Assembly: GCA_035390665.1 (NCBI GenBank)
Contig: DAOOUC010000003.1
Coordinates: 30,001-62,000 of the forward strand
Direction: 5' to 3'
DNA from: an archaeon
GTDB taxonomy: Archaea; Iainarchaeota; Iainarchaeia; Iainarchaeales; CSSED10-239
Length of the DNA: 32,000 bases
This document shows positions 9,643-17,165 of this stretch, piece after piece. A program made the position numbers and the translations under genes. The notes beneath the pieces are model-generated. The model ran no database searches and was not told the DNA's origin. It saw nothing but the letters and a program-made list of their open reading frames with translations. Within the stretch, counting starts at the first letter, position 1, and each line of letters begins with the position of its first letter.

Positions 9643-11058
9643 TTATATAAACAATAAAACTTCTAAACCAAGAGTACCAAGCGCTACAAGAAGGGTGATA
9701 CCCGTAATCAGTACTCCATATTTTACAAAATCTAGAAAAGATAAAGTAAAATCCTTACTTTTTAATATTCCAAGCCACATAATTCCTGCAAGAGCACCAA
9801 TAGGAGTGATGTTTGCCCCAAGATTAGAACCAATTACAACAGCTAAAGCCACAAAAAATTGAAGTGCTCCAGATAATGGTGTGATTATTGAAACAAAAGC
9901 AACACTCATTGGAATATTATTTAAAATATTGGCTGATAATGCTGAACCAAAACCATAAACAAAAATATTGAGAATTATATCTGTTCCAATTAAATTCTTA
10001 ATAAATAATCCAATCGCTTGTGTTATTCCATAAATGTTTAGTGCATAAACTGTAATAAAAAGAGAAAGAACAAATGGAATAACTGTCCACGGAATTTTTT
10101 GAAGAGTAGAGTTAGCTGTTGTATGTTCTAAATGTTTGTCCAAGTTTTCGTGTATTTTTTCTTTATCTTTATATTTTTTTAAAATTATTTTTATTAAGTC
10201 TCTTATTATTATAAAAAATAAAAGCATTGCAGCAAAAATTAAAGAAACTGCCCACATACTTAGTTTTAATTTCGGAGCAATTGCAAGTAAAATAATACAT
10301 AAAATCAACGATATTAATCCAACGATTGCACCAAATTTATCTTTAATAGAATCTATTGGTCTACCAACATCTATTACTTCTATTTCTTTATTTATTTCTT
10401 TTTTAAAAATTAAATATAATAATATAAAGTTAGTAATTCCTGCTAATATTGTTGGGAAAAACATCCATTTTAGATAATTATCAAAACTTATATTAAATGC
10501 AGTTGCTATTAAAATATTTGTAGGATTACCAATATAAAGCATCATACTCCATGTATTTGCTGCAAAAAATTCAGCAATCAGAAAAGGTAAAGGATTAATT
10601 TTTGCATTCTTTGCAAAGTAGTAAATAAATGGTGTAAATGTAAGAATAATAATATCATTAGAAGTAAAAATTGTAAGAATTGAAACAGTTACATATAGTG
10701 CTATAAATAATTTTGTTCCACTTTTCCCTGCAATCTTTAATGCTAGTTTTGCACAATATTCAAAAAAGCCTGTGATGTCTAAAAATATGCTAATAAAAAC
10801 CATTGATAAAAATAAAATCAATATACCTAGTGGTTGCAATTGAGCTGTGCCTTTAAGCCCAGTTCTTAAATCAGCATATGTAAGAAATTTAAATAAAACA
10901 ATTAATATTGGCGCAAGCATTGCTCCAAAGAAATAACTTTCAATTTTATATTCTTTATTTGCAATTTTAAAATTAAAATGTGGTTTTTTAAGAACAAGAT
11001 AAATTGTTAAAACTGTACTTAAAAGAAAAATTAGAATTAATAATAAAATATTAACCAT
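9643..11058 (-). CDS. ArsB/NhaD (ion transporter superfamily, CitMHS-like) permease
   Basis: 471 aa, highly hydrophobic. The C-terminal half carries a hairpin-type motif (VVIGSNLGANITPIGALAGIMWL) typical of ArsB/NhaD/SLC13-type permeases. Confidence 0.6.
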   Translation of the reverse strand: MVNILLLILIFLLSTVLTIYLVLKKPHFNFKIANKEYKIESYFFGAMLAPILIVLFKFLTYADLRTGLKGTAQLQPLGILILFLSMVFISIFLDITGFFEYCAKLALKIAGKSGTKLFIALYVTVSILTIFTSNDIIILTFTPFIYYFAKNAKINPLPFLIAEFFAANTWSMMLYIGNPTNILIATAFNISFDNYLKWMFFPTILAGITNFILLYLIFKKEINKEIEVIDVGRPIDSIKDKFGAIVGLISLILCIILLAIAPKLKLSMWAVSLIFAAMLLFFIIIRDLIKIILKKYKDKEKIHENLDKHLEHTTANSTLQKIPWTVIPFVLSLFITVYALNIYGITQAIGLFIKNLIGTDIILNIFVYGFGSALSANILNNIPMSVAFVSIITPLSGALQFFVALAVVIGSNLGANITPIGALAGIMWLGILKSKDFTLSFLDFVKYGVLITGITLLVALGTLGLEVLLFI

Positions 11059-11082
11059 TTATAATCTTCTTTTTGTTTTTAA

Positions 11083-11157
11083 TGCTCGGAACGGGATTCG
11101 GACCCGTGTTACCAGAGTGAGAGTCTGATGTGCTTGACCGGGCTACACTATCCGAGC
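11083..11157 (-). tRNA. tRNA-Glu (anticodon CUC)
   Basis: Manual cloverleaf of the minus-strand sequence: GCTCGGA TA GTGT AGCCCGGTCAA GCAC A TCAGA CTCTCAC TCTGG TAAC ACGGG TCCGAAT CCCGT TCCGAGC A. 75 nt, no encoded CCA. Confidence 0.9.
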
Positions 11158-11168
11158 AAATTATTAAG

Positions 11169-11241
11169 TGCTTCGAGGCGGATTCGGACCGCCGATTTCC
11201 AGATTATGAGTCTGGCGTTCTAACCGCTAAACCACCGAAGC
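11169..11241 (-). tRNA. tRNA with anticodon CAU (elongator Met, or Ile2 if C34 is modified); not an initiator
   Basis: Manual cloverleaf: GCTTCGG TG GTTT AGCGGTTA GAAC G CCAGA CTCATAA TCTGG AAATC GGCGG TCCGAAT CCGCC TCGAAGC A. 73 nt. It has G1:C72 and lacks the 3 G-C pairs in the anticodon stem, which argues against an initiator. Confidence 0.9.
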
Positions 11242-11260
11242 AAAAAAATAGGTTTCTCAC

Positions 11261-11270
11261 TATAAAATTT
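11261..11270 (-). promoter_or_regulatory. Candidate TATA box for the tRNA-Met/tRNA-Glu unit
   Basis: Minus strand reads AAATTTTATA, about 20-30 nt upstream of the tRNA 5' end at 11241. Confidence 0.35.
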
Positions 11271-11300
11271 AAGTACAAAAATATATATAAATGATTTGAT

Positions 11301-11978
11301 TTATTCCTTTATTGCAACAATTCTATAAATATCTGAATCTCTTAAATGTGTAGTGTAGAGGCTTCTAAATTCTGGAGGCATTTTGGTAATATCTACTTTT
11401 TCTTCTTTAACATATAAAAATTTACTTTTATTTATAGCTGTTTTTAAATTAAACCCAAAATAGGTATTTATTCTATTTCGATCTATAAAGTAATATGCAA
11501 TAAATTTTCCTTTTGGTTTTAATTTATTATAAATTAAATTGATAACATCAATAGTATATTTTTCTGCTTCTGTATAAACATTAACTGCGTTTACTTTGTA
11601 TGCTGCCACTGCTTTTTTTTTAAGATTTCTAGTAGTTACTCTTTGATCATAATATCCAACAGCAAAATCACTTGTAATAATATCCAAATGATTATCTGGA
11701 AAATCTAATAATCCTTTCATAAAATTCTCTTGTAATTGAATTAAATTTTTAGGTTTATCTAATTTTAGTCTTGATTCTCTTAATTTATGTATTTGTGTGT
11801 CTTCTAAAACACTTGGATGATGAACTCTTGAATTAGTTATTTTTTTCAAATCTATTCCATAAAATTGTATGTCAGGACACATATGTGCCAATCTTTTAGA
11901 TCGATATGCTTTATCTTCTCCAACATTACCTAAATGAAGTATTTTTCTTTTTGGTTTAGGTGGTTGCTTTATTGGCAT
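11301..11978 (-). CDS. Divergent Rossmann-fold (class I SAM-dependent) methyltransferase-like protein
   Basis: 225 aa. The order of strand-like motifs (ILHLGNVGED, FYGIDL, DIITSDFAV, LKPKGKFIAYYF) resembles class I methyltransferases. The glycine-rich SAM loop is degenerate. Confidence 0.35.
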   Translation of the reverse strand: MPIKQPPKPKRKILHLGNVGEDKAYRSKRLAHMCPDIQFYGIDLKKITNSRVHHPSVLEDTQIHKLRESRLKLDKPKNLIQLQENFMKGLLDFPDNHLDIITSDFAVGYYDQRVTTRNLKKKAVAAYKVNAVNVYTEAEKYTIDVINLIYNKLKPKGKFIAYYFIDRNRINTYFGFNLKTAINKSKFLYVKEEKVDITKMPPEFRSLYTTHLRDSDIYRIVAIKE

Positions 11979-11991
11979 AATTTAATCAGAA

Positions 11992-12660
11992 TTAATTTCG
12001 TCTCATTTTTATGTTGATTTCATCTTTACTATTATTTACAAAAAAAGTATCACATAGTCCTAAGAAAACTCCTGTTTCTAAAACGCCAGGTATGTTTCTT
12101 ACAGAGTATTCAAAATCATCTAAACTAATATTTTTGTCTATTGTAATTCTTGCTAAATAATGTCCTGTTTCAGTTTTAATAAAATTATCGTCTGTATCTT
12201 TAACAACTCTTGCAAGACCATAGCTTTGAAGATTTAAGATTGTTCTTTCCCAAGCAAAAGAACTTATTTCTACATATGCGTCCTTGTCTATTTTTTCTAC
12301 AAAATCATAATCATTAACAACTACTATTAAATTTAAAGCAGATTGAGCAATCATTTTATCTCTTATAAAAGATCTTGTGTCACTTTTTAAAAAATTATTA
12401 AAATTATCCGCTTGTGAACAAAACTCTATTGCCACATCTATTTCTTTATCACTTAGAGAAATAACAGATTGACCAAGAGAATGAAGTTGAGCCGCTTGTT
12501 TTGCAGTGGTTGGTACAAAATAGACTTTTTTTTTATTAATCAATAATATTTTTATTAATTCATCAACAAACTCATTATCTTTTTCAGAAGTACCAACAGC
12601 AACAATTGCTTCATGTTTTATAAACTTCTCAAAAGCCATTGCAATTTTTGGAATATTCAT
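11992..12660 (-). CDS. Ribose-5-phosphate isomerase A-like protein (degenerate active-site motifs)
   Basis: 222 aa, collinear with RpiA: IVAVGTSEKD vs VGxGTGST; VPTT..A..LGQ; IDVAIEFCSQADNF vs DxxxDGADE; IPGVLETGVF vs GVVxxGLF. GTGAT SD-like motif upstream. Confidence 0.55.
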   Translation of the reverse strand: MNIPKIAMAFEKFIKHEAIVAVGTSEKDNEFVDELIKILLINKKKVYFVPTTAKQAAQLHSLGQSVISLSDKEIDVAIEFCSQADNFNNFLKSDTRSFIRDKMIAQSALNLIVVVNDYDFVEKIDKDAYVEISSFAWERTILNLQSYGLARVVKDTDDNFIKTETGHYLARITIDKNISLDDFEYSVRNIPGVLETGVFLGLCDTFFVNNSKDEINIKMRRN

Positions 12661-12694
12661 CTAATCACTTCAATTATATTAAACTATAATGCTC

Positions 12695-12702
12695 TTTATA
12701 TA
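12695..12702 (+). promoter_or_regulatory. Candidate TATA box for the box C/D sRNA
   Basis: TTTATATA lies about 22-25 nt upstream of the first nucleotide of the sRNA terminal stem. Confidence 0.4.
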
Positions 12703-12722
12703 TTTTTCCTTTCAAGTAATAT

Positions 12723-12794
12723 TTAAGACAGATGATGATAATGAACACCTGCTGAAATTCTTGTGATGACAAAATGGGCGGGCTGATGTCTTAA
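12723..12794 (+). ncRNA. Box C/D sRNA (2'-O-methylation guide)
   Basis: Terminal stem TTAAGACA/TGTCTTAA. Box C ATGATGA (12732-12738), D' CTGA (12752-12755), C' GTGATGA (12763-12769), D CTGA (12783-12786). Both guides are 13 nt and the D'-C' loop is 7 nt. The D' guide is complementary to the 23S A-loop in this window. Confidence 0.88.
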
Positions 12795-12803
12795 ATTAAT
12801 TGC

Positions 12804-13124
12804 TTACTTCTTTTTCTTTCTCTTGTACTTGGTTATTGGATATGCTGTCTTAGATTTTGATTTTTCTTTTTTCTTAGGTATTATTTTTCTTGTTTTTTCT
12901 ACAACAATTATTTCTTTTTTTGTTGTATTGTTTTCATTTTTATTTTGTTCTAATCTACTTATTCTTTTGTTTAAAACATCAAGTTTAGAAGAAACAATTT
13001 CATTATTTGCATCTCCTAATGGCAATCTGTTTTCTTTAGTTTTTTTATCTAAAAAATACAAAAGAATATTTCCTATTGCAAATACTGCGATTGCAATTAA
13101 TAATATTATTGTTAAAGTTTCCAT
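12804..13124 (-). CDS. Small membrane-anchored protein with a basic C-terminal tail (hypothetical)
   Basis: 106 aa. N-terminal TM helix (LTIILLIAIAVFAIGNILLYF), then a charged helix and a K-rich tail. Same strand as the upstream gene and 19 nt downstream of it. The overlapping plus-strand ORF looks like an F/L-rich antisense artefact. Confidence 0.5.
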   Translation of the reverse strand: METLTIILLIAIAVFAIGNILLYFLDKKTKENRLPLGDANNEIVSSKLDVLNKRISRLEQNKNENNTTKKEIIVVEKTRKIIPKKKEKSKSKTAYPITKYKRKKKK

Positions 13125-13143
13125 AATTTTTCAGTTCTCCTTA

Positions 13144-13956
13144 TTATACTAAACAATATACATTTTTTCTTTTTTCTATAATTGCTCCTTCTTCTTTTAG
13201 AAATTCTATTGTTATCTTTAAAAGCTCTGTATCTTTGTTAAGTTTCTTAGAAAGGTCTTCAATTGAGAAGTTCTTATCAAGATCACTTGAAAGTATTTGC
13301 TTTCTTGTTGTACTGTACAGAAACATATCAATGACATAGAAATATCCATCAAATGATTTTTGCCCCTTTATTTCATCATTTTTAAATTTAGAGTAAAATT
13401 CTTTTGAAAATTTATCTGCAGTTACTACGGATTTAATAATTGTATATTTCTTTTTAAGAAAATCTTTAATTATTGTATCTGCATTTTCTTCTATTATTTT
13501 TGGTTTTTGTAAATTTTCTGATTTAATTGGTTGTTCTGTTGTTCTTTGATCATTTACTATATAAATTGCTTTCTTGTATTTCTCTGATTGTTTGAATGTA
13601 ATTATTTCCTTTTCTTTTAACATTTCTTTAAATATCTCCAAATCTTCCTTTTTTAAAAGATTTTCAAAATTTCCTTCAACTTTGTCTTTAAATGATAGTT
13701 CTTTATCTTGAAGTATATCTATTATCTTTTTTTTAATTGTGTCTTTAGAAATTGTTGACTTAATAACTTGTTTATCTTGTACAACAGAATCGGTTACACT
13801 TAATTCGCGCATATTAGTTTTAATAGAAAAAGCAATTGCTTGAGAATTAATAATTTTTATTTCAAGTTCTTTATTTGTATAATTATCTAATTCTTGAGAT
13901 TCTTTATCATTATTGAAATTTAAAAAATAAGTTTGATTTTTTTTTACAATTTTCAT
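13144..13956 (-). CDS. Hypothetical protein with winged-helix-like segments
   Basis: 270 aa, K/E-rich. Segments EIFKEMLKEKEIITFKQSEKYKKAIYIV and ITIEFLKEEGAIIEKRKNVYCLV resemble helix-plus-wing patterns. No confident family assignment. Confidence 0.5.
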   Translation of the reverse strand: MKIVKKNQTYFLNFNNDKESQELDNYTNKELEIKIINSQAIAFSIKTNMRELSVTDSVVQDKQVIKSTISKDTIKKKIIDILQDKELSFKDKVEGNFENLLKKEDLEIFKEMLKEKEIITFKQSEKYKKAIYIVNDQRTTEQPIKSENLQKPKIIEENADTIIKDFLKKKYTIIKSVVTADKFSKEFYSKFKNDEIKGQKSFDGYFYVIDMFLYSTTRKQILSSDLDKNFSIEDLSKKLNKDTELLKITIEFLKEEGAIIEKRKNVYCLV

Positions 13957-14035
13957 GGTGTCTCTCTGATATATTATATTATAAAATAATATAAAAATCT
14001 ATTCATTTATTATTTATATTAAAATAAAGATAATT

Positions 14036-15025
14036 ATGGCTAATCTAAACTTTCATATAGTATTTGAGAAATCTAAAGATTCAAAGATTGAATTTACTTC
14101 AAATAAAACCGGAAATGTAAATTCTGTAATTATAACTGTTAGAGGAGACTTTGAATTATATAAAAAAATGGAAGTATTAAAAAGAAATTTCTTAGAACCA
14201 TTATTACATAAAATATATTTAGAAGAGAATGAATTATTTTTTGCAAAACTAAGAAGTGTTTATGCACAGGACAAACCTGATGAAAACAATGAATTGCCTG
14301 GAATCGAAGAAGCAAAATATAAATTAGAATATTTTTTTGAAAATCCTAGAGTCTATGAATATCTTTCTAAAATTTCAATGATAGAAAGACAAAAAATAAT
14401 TTCTAAAATAAGTAAATATAATCCTACAGAATTATTAAAATTTTTACAAATTACTATAGCAAATGCAAATATTAAAAATCCAAGAAAGTTATCTACGCTT
14501 GTAGAAGAAATACCAAAAAAGAAATTACTTAAGACAATACATGTTTCAAGATCTATTTCAGAAAAAGATGTTTGCCAGCAAACGTATGGTGGTTTTTTAA
14601 GAGCATTAAAAACAAACACACTATATCATATAACTGCAGAAATAAATGGAAGACCAAAAGCATTATTTGTTAAAACGCCTATAGGCGAATTACCACAAAA
14701 TAATCAATATTCTAATGATCCTTTGCTATTGGGTGGATATAACACTCTTGCAATTGATGCAGAAAATCTTAATGTTTATTCATTTAAAACCAATGAATTA
14801 GGAAAATTAGATCAATCTAGTTTAAAATTAGTAATGGATTATAAAAATCTAGAATCTTATCTAAAAGAAGAACGTAGATTTCTGGCTCCAAAAGTAAGAG
14901 AATTAGCTAAAAGATTTCAAAAAGAATTACATGAATTCCTAGATAGAAGATATCATCGAAATAATATTCCTGGAGTTCAAAGAATTAAAAAGACTCATGA
15001 AAGATTTAGAGTTAAACCAAAATAA
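14036..15025 (+). CDS. Hypothetical protein, long member of the local paralog family (core YGGFLRALK...GRPKALFVKT...ENLNVYSF) with a basic tail
   Basis: 329 aa. Its C-terminal half aligns by eye with ORFs 24553-25140 and 25154-25612. Basic C-terminus (KKTHERFRVKPK). Confidence 0.6.
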   Translation: MANLNFHIVFEKSKDSKIEFTSNKTGNVNSVIITVRGDFELYKKMEVLKRNFLEPLLHKIYLEENELFFAKLRSVYAQDKPDENNELPGIEEAKYKLEYFFENPRVYEYLSKISMIERQKIISKISKYNPTELLKFLQITIANANIKNPRKLSTLVEEIPKKKLLKTIHVSRSISEKDVCQQTYGGFLRALKTNTLYHITAEINGRPKALFVKTPIGELPQNNQYSNDPLLLGGYNTLAIDAENLNVYSFKTNELGKLDQSSLKLVMDYKNLESYLKEERRFLAPKVRELAKRFQKELHEFLDRRYHRNNIPGVQRIKKTHERFRVKPK

Positions 15026-15026
15026 A

Positions 15027-15698
15027 CTATTTTAATTTAAGTAAATATTCATCAATTTCTTCAAAAGAAACAGAACAACCATTAAATTTTAAAGCATATA
15101 GTGCAGATTTTAGATATTCTTTGTTCTTTATACTATTCTTTAACATTCCTCTTTCATAAGCAAAAGAAAGAAGATCAACTGACCTAATTACCGAAACGTC
15201 TCCAAGCATTGATTTAAATTTATTATATTTTTCTTTATTAAGTTCAATATCTCTACTGTGGTGTTTTCTTTTTAATATTTCTAATAAAGCATTAGGATCT
15301 TCAATTAACATCCTTGTTGTTCTTTCCTCAATTGCAAGACAGTTTGCTTTTGTTAGTGATAACAATGCCAAACATTCTGCTTCTCCAAAATCTACAATAT
15401 GAAGAGGTCTTCCACTTATATAAAAAATACTATTTGTAAGATTAAGAATTTCTTTAGTTTTATCATCTAGTTGTTTATCACTTGGTTGAATAGTAAACAC
15501 AAAATCATTAAGTTGATCATTTATTCTTAAAGAGCTTAATTTAAATTTCATATTATTTCTTACTCTATCAATACATTCGTATTTTACTCCTGTTGTTATA
15601 AGAAATTCCCCTATATCTCCTTTAATTTCAGAAAATAAAGGCAATAAACAAGTTTGTGAGAATCCAATTAACACACCTGTATCAAAAACTATTTTCAT
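15027..15698 (-). CDS. PIN-domain protein (DUF3368/COG2405-like)
   Basis: 223 aa. N-terminal IVFDTGVLI strand with an acidic residue, then YECIDR, then VDFGEAECLALL...LAIEERTTR, which matches the GEAE..LA...DD..AR signature of this PIN subgroup. The start overlaps the upstream gene by 4 nt (ATGA). AGGTG lies upstream. Confidence 0.65.
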   Translation of the reverse strand: MKIVFDTGVLIGFSQTCLLPLFSEIKGDIGEFLITTGVKYECIDRVRNNMKFKLSSLRINDQLNDFVFTIQPSDKQLDDKTKEILNLTNSIFYISGRPLHIVDFGEAECLALLSLTKANCLAIEERTTRMLIEDPNALLEILKRKHHSRDIELNKEKYNKFKSMLGDVSVIRSVDLLSFAYERGMLKNSIKNKEYLKSALYALKFNGCSVSFEEIDEYLLKLK

Positions 15699-16528
15699 TT
15701 CTTTTGCACCTTTTTTTCTTTATTTTCAGGAATATTCTTTTTTAGAAAATCTATTCTTTCAAACATAGTTTTACTTTTTATGTCTTCATCTGAAATCTTT
15801 GTTTGACCAATTAATTCCATTACTTGATCTTTATTTGCAGATAATAAATTTGACGCTTGAGATAAAGACAAACCATAAGCATAAGCACTAGATGCTAACT
15901 TTGTTCTTGCATTAAAAACAATATCGTGTATAAAATGTCCAAGTAATTGGTCTGTTTTTTCTATAGAATTTTCTATCTCTTTTATTTTTTTATTATATTC
16001 GTCTTTATTTTCTTTTTTACTTAATTCTATAGCTAATTGCAAATCATTTATTGTTTTTTCTCTAAATCCTTTCCAATTTGGGCTATTAAATATGTGTTTT
16101 TTAGATAATAATTTTCTAAAAGAATAAGCAATTATTGCAAGTTCTGCAATATCTGTTCTATATTCAATTATTGCTTCTTCTAAAGTTTTTTCATCAATTC
16201 TATGTAATATTTCTAAATCATTTGCTCTAAATTGTTCTAATATACCAGAAATTATTTTTTCTGAATTTTTAAAATCAATTTTAGAAATATAATTATCAAT
16301 TTTATTTGTGTTATTATTTTGAGAAACAGCAGAATTTATGTTTCCTTTTGCCTGAACATTTAAATTTGTAAATTTATTAAACCTCTGTTTATTCGTATCA
16401 TCCCATTGATGATTAAAATTTGGTTTTGTTCTTCTTGCATTAATGAAAGAAACATTTTCTCCTTGAGTATTAGAATTGTGATTTATTTTGTGTTTTCCTG
16501 CAGAAAATTTTGATTTTCTTCTATGCAT
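15695..16528 (-). CDS. Hypothetical protein with a UPF0175-like (antitoxin-type HTH) C-terminal region, translationally coupled to the PIN gene
   Basis: 277 aa. Basic, Asn-rich, probably disordered N-terminus, then a helical middle. The C-terminal KLASSAYAYGLSLSQASNLLSANKDQVMELIGQTKI resembles the UPF0175 pattern (A..LY..G.lSlgkAAel....eF.e.L). GGAG lies upstream of the ATG. Confidence 0.5.
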   Translation of the reverse strand: MHRRKSKFSAGKHKINHNSNTQGENVSFINARRTKPNFNHQWDDTNKQRFNKFTNLNVQAKGNINSAVSQNNNTNKIDNYISKIDFKNSEKIISGILEQFRANDLEILHRIDEKTLEEAIIEYRTDIAELAIIAYSFRKLLSKKHIFNSPNWKGFREKTINDLQLAIELSKKENKDEYNKKIKEIENSIEKTDQLLGHFIHDIVFNARTKLASSAYAYGLSLSQASNLLSANKDQVMELIGQTKISDEDIKSKTMFERIDFLKKNIPENKEKKVQKK

Positions 16529-16600
16529 CTTTTCTCCATTTTAATTTGTTGTTCATAAATATATAAATCAAATAGGTTTATATATGTTTTTTTTATATAA

Positions 16601-16620
16601 TATATTACATTATATTACAT
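16601..16620 (+). repeat. Exact tandem duplication of TATATTACAT in a divergent promoter region
   Basis: TATATTACAT occurs twice back to back, 20 nt upstream of the ATG at 16640 and just downstream of a TTTTATATAA TATA-like element. Confidence 0.7.
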
Positions 16621-16639
16621 AAGAATTGAGGGATTACAA

Positions 16640-17152
16640 ATGGGACTATATGATGAAAAGATTGAAAACTTAAGCAAAATAAGAAAAGACAAATTATACA
16701 TACTAATTGGATTAAGTATTTTTATTGCAATAATAATTATGGTATTTTTAATAATAGCAATAGATTGGTCAAAAATAGAATCTGGATTAAAAGGAAGTAA
16801 TCTTTCTGTTAAATTTAGTAAAAATCCATTTAATGTAACTAAAGATACAGATCTAAAAATTAATATAACAATAAAAAATAATAGTGACTTTGACTCAGAA
16901 AATGCAAGTATTGCTATATATCCTGTTGAACAAATATTTTTTGTAACCTGTGATAGTTCAGAAACAGGAAATAATAAAGTAACTGTTCCAATATTTGCTA
17001 AAGATGCTTCTAGAACAATAGAATGTAATCTTAAAATATCTCCTACAATTACAGAAGCAGATATACTTGCAGGAACTTATGGTTTTGATGTAGTTTATTC
17101 CCTTAATTCAGAAGAATATGAGAAAAGAGCAATTTTAACTTTAAAAAAATAA
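16640..17152 (+). CDS. Membrane-anchored protein with a beta-rich (Ig/CARDB-like) ectodomain, hypothetical
   Basis: 170 aa. One N-terminal TM helix (LYILIGLSIFIAIIIMVFLIIAI), then alternating polar/hydrophobic strands. GAGGGAT SD-like motif upstream. Confidence 0.55.
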   Translation: MGLYDEKIENLSKIRKDKLYILIGLSIFIAIIIMVFLIIAIDWSKIESGLKGSNLSVKFSKNPFNVTKDTDLKINITIKNNSDFDSENASIAIYPVEQIFFVTCDSSETGNNKVTVPIFAKDASRTIECNLKISPTITEADILAGTYGFDVVYSLNSEEYEKRAILTLKK

Positions 17153-17165
17153 ATGAGGAAAAATA

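Noticed and set aside
9602-10477. Plus-strand ORFs 9602-9862 and 10136-10477
   Set aside because: They are antisense to the ArsB/NhaD-type permease gene and have no independent support.
11169-11241. tRNA-CAU as the initiator tRNA
   Set aside because: It has G1:C72 rather than A1:U72, and the anticodon stem is CCAGA/TCTGG without the three consecutive G-C pairs. Elongator Met or Ile2 is more likely.
12823-13152. 109-aa plus-strand ORF overlapping the small minus-strand gene
   Set aside because: It is an F/L-rich mirror of a K/E-rich coding strand. The minus-strand ORF fits the operon orientation and has a plausible TM-plus-tail architecture. The call remains uncertain.
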